Origin: Methanothrix sp.
Lineage (GTDB): Archaea; Halobacteriota; Methanosarcinia; Methanotrichales; Methanotrichaceae
Assembly: GCA_040770465.1 (NCBI GenBank)
Contig: JAXGJB010000013.1
Location: forward strand, 1 to 58,979
Reading direction: 5' to 3'
Length of the DNA: 58,979 nucleotides
Each line of letters begins with the position of its first letter. Positions within the stretch are counted from its first letter, which is position 1. Shown piece after piece: positions 18,107-27,599 of the stretch. The notes beneath the pieces are model-generated. The model did no database searches. It saw only the letters and a program-made list of their open reading frames with translations, and was not told where the DNA came from. Both the position numbers and the translations under genes were made by a program.

Positions 18107-21100
18107 ATGAGGATCTCTGCCCTCATATTGCTCGTACTACTCTTGATGATCGTCCCCGCCCTGGGAGATTCCGGGCCTGGTCTCTCCGAAGGAGAGGCGA
18201 CAGAAGATTCTATTGATCTGATCTGGGATGGCGTTGTCGTCCTCACCGGGGGAGAGATCAACATATCAGGCAGCAGCGGTGATCTTCATGCCATCGCGGA
18301 AAAGTCGGCTCTCGGAGCCCTCATCAAAGCCTCAGAAGCCGGCGGGTTTGAGCTCGAACTCGACTCGTCCCTCTGGGCGATCCGAGGTCCCGTCGTGGAG
18401 TCGATCGGAGGAGTGGACGCCACGGAGAACAGATCCTGGAGGTACGTGGTCAACTATCCCGAGGACGCCATCCCCATCGCCGGTCCCGACCAGTTCCTCC
18501 TCAAAGATGGGGACAACCTCACCTTCTACCTGGGAGATCGACACGCTCTGCCCGACGAATCTCCCCGGGTGAACATAATAACGGCAAGGACCATTACAAG
18601 GAGGCCGGAGGCCCTCTTCATCGCCGCAGAGAACCACGCGGTGATCGAAGAATCGTCGAAGGACGCTGTTCTGAACGTCACCCTCGCGTTCGTGGAGACG
18701 GCCCCTTCGAACTTCTCGGGCTACGACCTGATATTCCTGGAGATGGTGGGAAGCGATGGCGCCACAAAGCTATTGCCCCTGCTGGAGGCGCCGAAGGAGG
18801 CGGGCGTCCCGGTGATCTCGATCCACTCGGAGGGGTACGACGACCTCCTCGGAAACGTCGAGATCGAGGACCATCCCGATATCGAGGAGTACTGGAACTA
18901 CGGCGGCACCGCGAACATGGAAGGGCTCTATTCGTACCTCGAAAGAACCTTCTTGGGCCTCGACGTCCCCGTGAGCGCGCCCGTTCCGACGCCTCGGGCC
19001 TACATCTGCCATCCGGACTCGCCAGACCTATTTCTGAACACCACATCTTACCTCCAGTGGTATCGGAACCATTCCGGCCACAGGTACGACGAGGGGGCGC
19101 CTACTATAGGCGTGATGAACCTGGCCGGCGATCCCGTCACCTCATCGATGAGATCTGCCATCGTCAGGGCTCTGGAGTCGAAGGGGGCCAACGTCATCGA
19201 CATCGGATTTGAGAACACCTCCGCGATCAATGAGTTCTTCATCTTGAACGGTTCGACGATAGTCGATGCCGCAATCCTCACCAAGCCCTTCAGGCTGAAC
19301 TACGGCGACCCCGAGGAGGGGATCGAGGACCTGGAGGCGCTGAAAGTCCCCGTCCTCAACGCCATGAAGCTCTGGTACCAGACCCCTGAGGAGTGGAGAA
19401 ACAGCACCGGCCTATTCCCAACGGAGCTCTACTTCAAGATCGCAATGCCTGAGATGGACGCTGTCATCGAGCCGATGATGATAGCTGGAAGGACCGAGTC
19501 GGGAACCTTCGATCCCGTCCCAGGCCAGATCGAGTGGCTGGCGGATAGGGCGATCGCCTGGGCAGAGCTCGGCCGAAAGCCGAACGCTGAGAAGAAGGCG
19601 GCAATCATATACTACAACCACGGCGGAGGAAAGGACAACCTTGGCGCGACTTACATAAACGTCCCCCGGAGCCTCCAGGTGATCCTCGACGGGCTGAACG
19701 ACTCAGGCTACGGCGTGGAGGGGACGGTCCCCGACGAGCGGGACCTCGTCGATCTGATGGCCCACGAGGGGACGAACGTCGGCACCTGGGCTCCCGGAGA
19801 GCTGGAGTCGATGGTCAGAGCAGGAAACGCGACCCTCATCCCGGTGGCCGATTACCTGGAGTGGTTCTCAGAGATCGACCCCGAAATGCAGCGGGAGGTG
19901 ACGGATATGTGGGGTCCGCCCCCCGGGGAGATCATGGTCTACGAGAACGAGACTGGAAAGTACTTCGTCATCCCCAAGCTATCATTTGGAAACGTCATCC
20001 TCGCCCCCCAGCCGACGAGAGGATGGCTCCAGAACAGCACCGTCCTCTACCACAACAAGGACATACCGCCCCACCATCAGTACATCGCCTTCTACCTCTG
20101 GCTCAGGAAGGGGTTCGATGCCGACTTCATCGTCCACCTCGGCAAGCACGGCACCCAGGAGTGGACCCCCGGCAAGGAGAGCGGGATTTCCCGCGACCAG
20201 TGCTGGCCTGGCATACTGATCCAGGACCTTCCCGTGATCTACCCCTACATCGTCGACAACATCGCCGAGGGGTCTCAGGCGAAGAGGAGGGGCGACGCCG
20301 TGATGATAACCCACCTGACGCCGCCGATAGTCGCATCCGGCCTCTACGGCAACTTCACAAACCTCGCCGAGACCGCCTTCAACTACAACCACGTCGAGAA
20401 CGCCTCCGTCAAAGCCCTCTACGGAGATGAGATCGTAGCCCGGTGCCAAGAGCTGCACCTCGACGAGGATCTGGGCAAAAACCTGAGCGAGCTATCCGGG
20501 GACCCGGAGGCCTTCGACGGGTTCGTCGGCGAGCTTGAGCACTACCTCTACGACCTTAAGAACGAGTTCATGCCCTACGGCCTCCACACCTTTGCTACGC
20601 CTCCGGAGGGAAGGCCCCGTCTGGAGATGGTACAATCGATGCTCGGCGACGACTACAAGAGAGAGGTTGCCTTCATGATCTCCTACGACGATTACCCGAA
20701 CCCCTCAAGGCTCGACAAGGAGCGGGAGCTCGATAACGCCACCCTCGCCCTCCTGGCGGCGGTCATCGACGACGGGAGGAGCCCCGATTTGGCACAGGTG
20801 GAGATCTTCTCCAACCTTACGGGCGCTGGAACGGTCAATGCATCGGAGAAACTGACGGCGCTCCTCGCCCTCGCCCTCTCCTATTCACAGGGGCTCGACG
20901 CCTCCATCGAGGAGGTTCCGAGGTTCATAAACGCATCGGAGTCGGAGTACAATCCGCCATCGCCTGCAGACGATCCCATAAGAGACCCCAACGTCCTGCC
21001 GACGGGGAGGAACTTCCATTCGATCAGCCCGAGGATGGTCCCCACCCCTGCAGCCTGGGAGGTGGGGTCGGACCTGGCCGAGGAGCTGATCGAGGTCTAT

Positions 21101-22609
21101 CGGGCCGAGCACAACGGGACGTACCCGAGAAAGCTAGCCATCGTCCTCTGGGCCTGGGCCACCACCGACCACGGAGTCGTCGAGGCTGAGATCCTGAAGC
21201 TGGTGGGGGCGGAGCCGGTCTGGGACTCTTACGGCGGCGTCTCCGACGTCAGGCTCATCCCCCTCTCGGAGCTCGGAAGGCCCCGGATCGACGTGGTGGT
21301 CGTCCCATCGGGGCTTCATCGGGACCTCTTCCCCGAGAAGCTGAAGCTCATCGATCGGGCGATCCGGCTTGCTGCCAACGACTCTGCGACCGACTATCCC
21401 AACTACGTGAGGGAGAACTCCGAGATGATCCGGTCGGAGCTTCTGGCGACTGGAAACTACTCCGAGGAGGATGCCGAATTTCTCTCCGTCAGCAGGATAT
21501 TTCTTGAGGCCGCCGGGACCTACGGCCCGAACCTCGAGGGCCCCGTATCTGCAAGCGACACCTGGGAGAACGATTCGAAGCTTGGAGACCTCTTCATCGA
21601 TCGGATGTCCTACATCTATGGCGACGAGGTCTGGGGGAGCAAGACGGCCTCCGGGAAGGACTACGGCAGCGTCCAGACCGACGTATACCGCCGTAACCTC
21701 GCCGATGTGGAGTCGGCGGTCCACCACACCAACTCGAACCTCTACGGCTTCATCGATAACGACGACGTCTACCAGTACGTCGGCGGGATCTCCATGGCCG
21801 TCAGGACCGTATCCGGCGAAGCTCCCGACCTCTACGTCACCGACGTGAGGGCCAAGGGCGAGAAGGGCAAGGTCGAGAACCTCAAAAGCTTCTTTTCAAG
21901 GGAGCTTCGGTCCCGCTACTACAACCCCAAATGGATCGAGGGGATGAAGGGGCAGGGCTACTCCGGAGCGAGGGAGATGGACAAGTTCGTCGAGTACCTC
22001 TGGGGCTGGGACGTCACCGTCCCCGACCTCGTGACCGAGACGATGTGGAACGAGGCCTACGACGTCTACGTCAACGACAAGTATGAGATGGGCCTCAAAG
22101 AGTTCTTCGACGAGAACAACCCCTACGCCTATCAGGTCGTGACAGCGAGGATGCTGGAGGCGTCGAGGAAAGGGTACTGGCACCCCACCGACGAGATGAA
22201 AGAGAATCTTGCCGAGGAGTTCGAGGAGTCGGAGACCAAGTATGGCGTCACATGCTGCCACCACACCTGCGGAAACCTTCTCCTCCGGGAGTACATGGAG
22301 GGGATCCTCACCGGGACCGAGCCGACGGAGGCGACCGGCAAGAGCACGAGCAAGGGCGGAGGGTCCAGCAGGCATCCCTACCCAGCAGACTCAGGCTCCT
22401 CAAACCAGACCAGGGCCTCGGGGGTTGGGGTGACGGGCGATGAAAAGCCGGTCGAATCCGAATCGGTTCAGGGTGAGGTTTCTGGATTCGTCATGGAGAA
22501 CGTGGCGGAAAAGAGCAGCGTGCCATCGATATCGGGAGCGCCTTTGATGGGGATCATCCTCGTGCTGTTCATCCTGATCGTCATCGGTGCCGGGTTCAGG
22601 AGGAGGTAA
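18107..22609 (+). CDS. CobN/magnesium-chelatase H family protein, secreted and C-terminally membrane anchored, with an N-terminal DUF4430-like domain (HmuS/BtuS-like)
   Basis: PPHHQYIAFY, HLGKHGTQEW.PGK, EGSQAKRR, LPTGRNF, RPRIDV, NPKWIEGM..GYSGA motifs; signal peptide; CCHHTCGN; TM + RRR at the C-terminus. Confidence 0.9.
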   Translation: MRISALILLVLLLMIVPALGDSGPGLSEGEATEDSIDLIWDGVVVLTGGEINISGSSGDLHAIAEKSALGALIKASEAGGFELELDSSLWAIRGPVVESIGGVDATENRSWRYVVNYPEDAIPIAGPDQFLLKDGDNLTFYLGDRHALPDESPRVNIITARTITRRPEALFIAAENHAVIEESSKDAVLNVTLAFVETAPSNFSGYDLIFLEMVGSDGATKLLPLLEAPKEAGVPVISIHSEGYDDLLGNVEIEDHPDIEEYWNYGGTANMEGLYSYLERTFLGLDVPVSAPVPTPRAYICHPDSPDLFLNTTSYLQWYRNHSGHRYDEGAPTIGVMNLAGDPVTSSMRSAIVRALESKGANVIDIGFENTSAINEFFILNGSTIVDAAILTKPFRLNYGDPEEGIEDLEALKVPVLNAMKLWYQTPEEWRNSTGLFPTELYFKIAMPEMDAVIEPMMIAGRTESGTFDPVPGQIEWLADRAIAWAELGRKPNAEKKAAIIYYNHGGGKDNLGATYINVPRSLQVILDGLNDSGYGVEGTVPDERDLVDLMAHEGTNVGTWAPGELESMVRAGNATLIPVADYLEWFSEIDPEMQREVTDMWGPPPGEIMVYENETGKYFVIPKLSFGNVILAPQPTRGWLQNSTVLYHNKDIPPHHQYIAFYLWLRKGFDADFIVHLGKHGTQEWTPGKESGISRDQCWPGILIQDLPVIYPYIVDNIAEGSQAKRRGDAVMITHLTPPIVASGLYGNFTNLAETAFNYNHVENASVKALYGDEIVARCQELHLDEDLGKNLSELSGDPEAFDGFVGELEHYLYDLKNEFMPYGLHTFATPPEGRPRLEMVQSMLGDDYKREVAFMISYDDYPNPSRLDKERELDNATLALLAAVIDDGRSPDLAQVEIFSNLTGAGTVNASEKLTALLALALSYSQGLDASIEEVPRFINASESEYNPPSPADDPIRDPNVLPTGRNFHSISPRMVPTPAAWEVGSDLAEELIEVYRAEHNGTYPRKLAIVLWAWATTDHGVVEAEILKLVGAEPVWDSYGGVSDVRLIPLSELGRPRIDVVVVPSGLHRDLFPEKLKLIDRAIRLAANDSATDYPNYVRENSEMIRSELLATGNYSEEDAEFLSVSRIFLEAAGTYGPNLEGPVSASDTWENDSKLGDLFIDRMSYIYGDEVWGSKTASGKDYGSVQTDVYRRNLADVESAVHHTNSNLYGFIDNDDVYQYVGGISMAVRTVSGEAPDLYVTDVRAKGEKGKVENLKSFFSRELRSRYYNPKWIEGMKGQGYSGAREMDKFVEYLWGWDVTVPDLVTETMWNEAYDVYVNDKYEMGLKEFFDENNPYAYQVVTARMLEASRKGYWHPTDEMKENLAEEFEESETKYGVTCCHHTCGNLLLREYMEGILTGTEPTEATGKSTSKGGGSSRHPYPADSGSSNQTRASGVGVTGDEKPVESESVQGEVSGFVMENVAEKSSVPSISGAPLMGIILVLFILIVIGAGFRRR

Positions 22610-22653
22610 ATACTCCCTCCAGAACTTCCCTCGCCGCCCCCTTTTGGCGGCGG

Positions 22654-22700
22654 CCCTCTCCTGGACCGTCCCCTCCTGGATCGTCCCCTCCTGGATCGTC
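22654..22700. repeat. imperfect 15-bp tandem repeat (CCCCTCCTGGATCGT) x3
   Basis: read directly downstream of the cobN-like stop. Confidence 0.8.
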
Positions 22701-22818
22701 TCCCTCTGAGCCACGTCTCCTCAATAGGGTGTGTGAAACATTTCTTTATCTTACGCAGCAGAATTTGCGCAAACGTTATATCCTGTAAACTTGACTTACG
22801 TTCAATCGGGTTTGGTAG

Positions 22819-23511
22819 GTGTCGTCCTTGGATTTATCGTGGCTTGCCGCTTCTGGAATTATGGTCGGGATCATCATATTCGCGCTGAAGGTCAGCCTGG
22901 GGTGCGGGCTTGCGAGCCTCAGTCGGAAAGAGACCCTCTGCATCGCAACGCTGTACCTCGCCCTCTCGCTGGTCATGGGCCTCGTCGTCGGGCTTTTGCC
23001 CGAAGGCGCCCTCAGCTCGGTTATGAGCATGGGCGTCGCGATGCACCTGGTCATCGCCCTCCTCCTGGTGGCGATGGGAGTTGCCACCGCGCGGGAGTGG
23101 AACCGGCACGGCCGCGACCTATCCCGAAAGACCTTCTGGGTTTTATCCGTCCCCTGTCCGGCCTGTCTTGCCGCCACCTTCCTATCCTGCAGCGCCCTTG
23201 CGGGCCTCTTGGACGTCTCCGGCTGGAAGGTTGGATCTTTCGTGGGGCTCGTATTCTTCGTCTCCATCGCAGTCTTCTCATCCACCGTCGGAAGGGCGCG
23301 GAGGGCTCCATCAGCTCTTGGGAACGCCATGATATTCGTGGGGCTCTTTTACATCCTCTCCATTCTTCTCATCCCCGCCTACCTCAAGACCCAGGCGACC
23401 CCCTTCGCCCCCATAACCGTCCCCGCCTCCGACCTCTTCACCTCCTACTTCTTCATCCTCGGGCTGGTCGGCCTCGGCTTTGTCGGCAGGAGGATGGGGG
23501 TATTTCAGTGA
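22819..23511 (+). CDS. DUF2162 family putative membrane transporter (HmuT-like)
   Basis: multi-TM, conserved PCPAC motif, position after the cobN-like gene. Confidence 0.8.
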   Translation: MSSLDLSWLAASGIMVGIIIFALKVSLGCGLASLSRKETLCIATLYLALSLVMGLVVGLLPEGALSSVMSMGVAMHLVIALLLVAMGVATAREWNRHGRDLSRKTFWVLSVPCPACLAATFLSCSALAGLLDVSGWKVGSFVGLVFFVSIAVFSSTVGRARRAPSALGNAMIFVGLFYILSILLIPAYLKTQATPFAPITVPASDLFTSYFFILGLVGLGFVGRRMGVFQ

Positions 23512-24170
23512 GCGTCTACGTCGAGATCGTCAACGTCCTCTACGTATTCTCGACGGCGCTCCTCTACCCGGTGATCCTGGCGCTCCTCCTCCTCTTCGGA
23601 TGGTCCCTCGCGCTTCTCGGCTCCCTGACATCCGAGTACACCTCCCGCCGAAGAGACCTCGAAGAGCTGGAGAGGGCGTGCTCTGAGGCCTCCGAGATGG
23701 CGAGATCGGGGCGGGGGGATCTCGCCTGCCCTCTTGTTGAAGGATACAGGGCCCACCCCAGGGTCTCAAAGGCTCTGGCAGAGGCGGCCTCATCCCTCGG
23801 AGGCGAAGGCTTTGCGGCGAGGATTGAGAAGGCGCTGCAGGATGCGGAGCTTGGAATGGCGAAGGCCCTGGAGCCGATAAAGATCGGGGTGAGGGTGGGT
23901 CCGATGTTGGGGCTGATGGGAACCCTCATTCCCATGGGGCCCGCTCTGATCGGCCTCTCCCAGGGCAACATCCAGCAGATGGCCGACAACCTTGTCATCG
24001 CCTTCTCGACGACGGTGATCGGCCTTGCCGTCGGCGGGATCTGCTACGGGGTCTACGTTATCAGAAACCGGTGGTACCAGCAGGACCTCAGCGACCTCGA
24101 GTATGCGGCGGAGCTTTTGAAGAGCGGAAAGAAAGCGCCCGGCGGCGAACGAAGCGAGGGCAGCGGATGA
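23508..24170 (+). CDS. MotA/TolQ/ExbB proton channel family protein (HmuU-like)
   Basis: GPMLGLMGTLIPMGPAL...AFSTTVIGL; GTG start overlapping the upstream stop. Confidence 0.9.
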   Translation: MSVYVEIVNVLYVFSTALLYPVILALLLLFGWSLALLGSLTSEYTSRRRDLEELERACSEASEMARSGRGDLACPLVEGYRAHPRVSKALAEAASSLGGEGFAARIEKALQDAELGMAKALEPIKIGVRVGPMLGLMGTLIPMGPALIGLSQGNIQQMADNLVIAFSTTVIGLAVGGICYGVYVIRNRWYQQDLSDLEYAAELLKSGKKAPGGERSEGSG

Positions 24171-24529
24171 GCCGGATCGGGAGGGCTGGGCGATCCAGGC
24201 TGGGGATGCTGAGCGACTCCGAGGACGACCCCCTGAGCGGGGTTGCCAACCTCTTCGACGCGGCCATGGTCTTCGCCATCGCCCTCCTCCTCACCCTGGT
24301 GATCTCCTACAACATCCCGGAGCTTCTCACCCCAGAGGCGAGCGTCACCATCGTCAAGAACCCGGGCGACCCCAACATGCAGATCATAATAAAGAAAATG
24401 GACCAGATCCAGGTGCTTAACATGACCGACAAGGTCGCCGGGGGTCAGGGGACGAAGATGGGAACTGCCTACAGGCTCGAGAACGGGATGGTGGTCTACG
24501 TCCCGGAGAACGCAACATCTGCGGCTTAA
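24167..24529 (+). CDS. DUF2149 family protein (HmuV/ExbD-like)
   Basis: DPLSGVANLFDAAMVF...G.KMGTAYRLENG..VYVPE. Confidence 0.88.
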   Translation: MSRIGRAGRSRLGMLSDSEDDPLSGVANLFDAAMVFAIALLLTLVISYNIPELLTPEASVTIVKNPGDPNMQIIIKKMDQIQVLNMTDKVAGGQGTKMGTAYRLENGMVVYVPENATSAA

Positions 24530-24719
24530 ATCCCATGTTTTCTCTGACTGTACACCGAAGCGAATGCCCACTTTTTTCTTCAATCCTTCTTGATGCCTGG
24601 TCCGACCGGCGAGGTTGAACAGCCGCAGGTCTGCGGCTGAAACATCCCCGGCCGCAGCGAAGGGAGGCCTCCTGATCGAACCGGCCTGCTCCACCACCGG
24701 CCGAGGAATTTGGCCGGAG

Positions 24720-24894
24720 CGATCACTGCTGCATCGATCACTGCTGCATCGATCACTGCTGCATCGATCACTGCTGCATCGATCACTGCTGCATCGATCA
24801 CTGCTGCATCGATCACTGCTGCATCGATCACTGCTGCATCGATCACTGCTGCATCGATCACTGCTGCATCGATCACTGCTGCATCGATCACTGC
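24720..24894. repeat. perfect 15-bp tandem repeat (CGATCACTGCTGCAT) x11 plus partial
   Basis: read directly; no spacers between units. Confidence 0.97.
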
Positions 24895-25329
24895 GGGAGT
24901 AATACGTTTTTTATCCATGCAACAATAACTGCTACTGTTTCGTTGGCATTTGTGATGATGGCTTATTTGGGACCGATATTTGCGGTTACATCTTCGAGAA
25001 CGGGACCATTTATGTCCATATTACGATCAATTGCGGCATACTGGAGATCTCGATCGGGTTGTGCGCGAAGTCCCCTCGTTGAAAATATGGTGGCAGGTCG
25101 ATTATGATCTTCAAGATCGGTCCCGCCCCGATCCCGACGCGTTTTCTCCTTATTGCGGCAGCCGAACTCATTTCTATTAATTTCTCGTAAAAATTGTATT
25201 TCTTTAATACGCGTTACCCGATCGGATAGAAATTAGAGAAATAATTATGCCCGGAAAGATCGAATATAGCTACGATTATTGTCTAATTCTACTAAGAAAA
25301 TTGGCCTTATTTCTTCGATATCGATCGCA

Positions 25330-25392
25330 AAAAAGGTTTTATAGGCAAAATTGAAGTGATATATTGTTCAAGATAGGAAGAAGGAGGTGAGA
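25330..25392 (+). promoter_or_regulatory. putative archaeal promoter (A-rich BRE + TTTTATA box) and AGGAGGTGA ribosome-binding site of the His-rich peptide gene
   Basis: AAAAGGTTTTATAGG at ~25331-25345; AAGGAGGTGA at 25381-25390, 6 nt before the ATG. Confidence 0.55.
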
Positions 25393-25396
25393 TAAA

Positions 25397-25522
25397 ATGT
25401 GTTGCCATACTGGAGATAAGCATATCCATTCTCATGAGCATGAAGGAAAGGTCCACACCCATGAGCACGTCCACGACGCCGAGCATCATAAGCACACCCA
25501 CAAGTGCTGTCACAGCCATTAG
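25397..25522 (+). CDS. 41-aa His/Cys-rich putative metal-binding peptide
   Basis: MCCHTGDKHIHSHEHEGKVHTHEHVHDAEHHKHTHKCCHSH*, 15 His and 4 Cys; strong SD; below the ORF-track cutoff. Confidence 0.8.
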   Translation: MCCHTGDKHIHSHEHEGKVHTHEHVHDAEHHKHTHKCCHSH

Positions 25523-25683
25523 TCGCCGGTTTATCGGCTCGTGCTTTCGGCGATAGGTGACGGAGAACAACAAGAAGAAGGCCCTGGTCCCTTCTTTTCG
25601 GCTGAAGGTCAATAGACCTCGCCCGCCAGGGCTGCCACCCTTTAATCAATTGCGTGCGTCCCACCAGGTTTGATCAAGTCCGG

Positions 25684-26160
25684 TCAGATCAGCCCCTCGG
25701 CCCCTTTTTCGATCACCTTCGCCGATATCGCCGTCCCCTTGCCGGCGTTCAGGTTGATGGATGAGAGGATCCCAACCACCTTCTCGTCCTGGAAGAGAGG
25801 GGTCCCGCTATCCCCCGGCTCCGGCATATTCGCGTGGCCGATGACAATTGTGATGAGGTCACCGACTTCGGATATGCTGCAGTCTCTCTGGCCCCTGGCG
25901 TTGACGAGCCGCGCCGGGCCGAGCCTGGGATGCGCCAGAGGCGTCGGCTCGCATCCGGTGACCCTGAAGTATACGAGGTCGAAGGGCTTGCTGTCTGCTA
26001 CCACCTTCGCCTTCGTCGTCCCGATGGTGAGGTCTTTTGTTCCCGCGAGCCTCATGATGTGGTAGACGGTAACCCCGATGCATCCGCGCCTTCCTCTCAG
26101 AAAAGCTCCCACCACTCCCCCCTGCCTTCCGGCACGAAAGAGGTCTCCCGCCCTGAGCAT
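25684..26160 (-). CDS. small trypsin-like serine peptidase domain protein
   Basis: TVYH (His), FDL (Asp), PGDSGTPL (Ser), VVGI motifs. Confidence 0.6.
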   Translation of the reverse strand: MLRAGDLFRAGRQGGVVGAFLRGRRGCIGVTVYHIMRLAGTKDLTIGTTKAKVVADSKPFDLVYFRVTGCEPTPLAHPRLGPARLVNARGQRDCSISEVGDLITIVIGHANMPEPGDSGTPLFQDEKVVGILSSINLNAGKGTAISAKVIEKGAEGLI

Positions 26161-26261
26161 GATCAGTTTTCTATATGATGCGGATAAATAGATATTCCGA
26201 TCGGCCTCTGATCTGTAAGATCGAGGCTCACTAATCCCGTCGAAACCAGGAAGATCTCATC

Positions 26262-27089
26262 ATGGCTCACCGCATCGCCGAGGACGGAAGACTGGAGGAT
26301 GTGGGGAAGCTTCAGCTTTTTATTCACGCCCTATTTGTCCGATCCGAGCCGACCATCCTCAGAGTCCTGGACCGGATGATGGAGATGGATCTCTTCCGAG
26401 GAAGGGGGAGGCCGGTCCTCGTCTTCATGCGGGAGTGGCTGGCCTTCCTCCCTCGGGGAGAGGTGGTGAGCACTTCGAGGGCAAAGGATTTCCTGGACGC
26501 ATTATCGAAATCAGGCGACTCGAAGATCATCGTCAGCCCCTGCGTATGCCAGGAAGCTCTGGGCAGAAGGGAGGGGACCCTCTTCAAGGAGATGACAGTC
26601 CTCTACGGCACTGAGGTATATGAGAGGGCGAAGGGGGACGAGGGCGGCATCAGAGTGACGAGCCCTGACGAGGCGAAGATTTTGCTCGAAGCCCTTCACG
26701 ATGAGGGGTGCATCCCCACCTTCTATTCCTGCCTCAACTCCAGGGGCTGGATGGTGGTGATATGCAACTGTGAAGGCAAGATCTGTCTACCAAGCAGAGC
26801 CCACCGGCTCCTTGGAGGCATCCTCAGCCCGGGGCCCGACGTCGTCAGCTTCGATGCTGATGGATGCATCGGATGCGGCCGATGCGTCAAAAGGTGCTCC
26901 TTTGAGGCGAACCGCCTAGTCGACGGAAGGATCGTTTTCGATTCCGCGAGATGCTACGGCTGCGGCCTCTGCGTCTCGACCTGCCCGACGGAAGCGAGAA
27001 GGCTGGTTGATAGGAGGGGCTACACCAACCTCTACTATCCAATGGACTTCGTCGCCGGATACGGATCAAGAGCTGCAGGTGATGGTTGA
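26262..27089 (+). CDS. 4Fe-4S dicluster (ferredoxin-domain) protein
   Basis: CVCQ, ICNCEGKIC, CIGCGRCVKRC, CYGCGLCVSTCP. Confidence 0.88.
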   Translation: MAHRIAEDGRLEDVGKLQLFIHALFVRSEPTILRVLDRMMEMDLFRGRGRPVLVFMREWLAFLPRGEVVSTSRAKDFLDALSKSGDSKIIVSPCVCQEALGRREGTLFKEMTVLYGTEVYERAKGDEGGIRVTSPDEAKILLEALHDEGCIPTFYSCLNSRGWMVVICNCEGKICLPSRAHRLLGGILSPGPDVVSFDADGCIGCGRCVKRCSFEANRLVDGRIVFDSARCYGCGLCVSTCPTEARRLVDRRGYTNLYYPMDFVAGYGSRAAGDG

Positions 27090-27194
27090 AATGCCTCAGA
27101 GCTCCAAAGTTTGGGGCTTCGCTGGCCCAAAGATCCCGTCAAGACGAAATTGATATCAGGCCGAAGAGGATTGAGGAATCAGTGGAGGAGTTTG

Positions 27195-27554
27195 ATGGTC
27201 ACTTCAAAGAGAGCACTCTGGGTCGTGTTCAGACCCAAAGATCCTGAAAATGTCGATGCGATGCGCGAGAAATTTTTGGTCTCCTACCAGGCCTTCAGAG
27301 ATATGGCCGGCCTCTTCAGCAAGGTCTGGTGGTGCGATTCTGAGAAAGGCGAGTGGGGAGCGATGTACATCTTCGACTCGGAGGAGGATCTTCAAGATTA
27401 CCTGAAATCCGACAGGTGGATGAACAAGATCCCCGAAAAGTACGGATATAAGCCTGAGGTCGTCGCCGTCCTCGACATCGGTGCCATCCTCTATAAAGAA
27501 ACCGTCACCGAGGGCGAAGGCTCCTGGCTTTCGGATGATGCTGGCATGAGCTGA
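27195..27554 (+). CDS. YdhR-like putative monooxygenase (dimeric alpha/beta barrel)
   Basis: GLFSKVW...GEWGAMYIFDSEE...YL; GGAGG SD before ATG 27195. Confidence 0.75.
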   Translation: MVTSKRALWVVFRPKDPENVDAMREKFLVSYQAFRDMAGLFSKVWWCDSEKGEWGAMYIFDSEEDLQDYLKSDRWMNKIPEKYGYKPEVVAVLDIGAILYKETVTEGEGSWLSDDAGMS

Positions 27555-27599
27555 AGCGCTCGATATGCCGCCCTCAGCTAGACGAGCTCTGGTGATCTC

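Noticed and set aside
24580-24928. ORFs with VIDAA / HRSLL / ITAAS repeats, and the repeat as a CRISPR array
   Set aside because: Frames are open only because the unit is 15 bp; there are no spacers, no SD and no recognisable domain
25307-25664. Minus-strand Met/Val-rich ORFs
   Set aside because: Antisense shadows of the His-rich peptide (CAT/CAC codons read as ATG/GTG)
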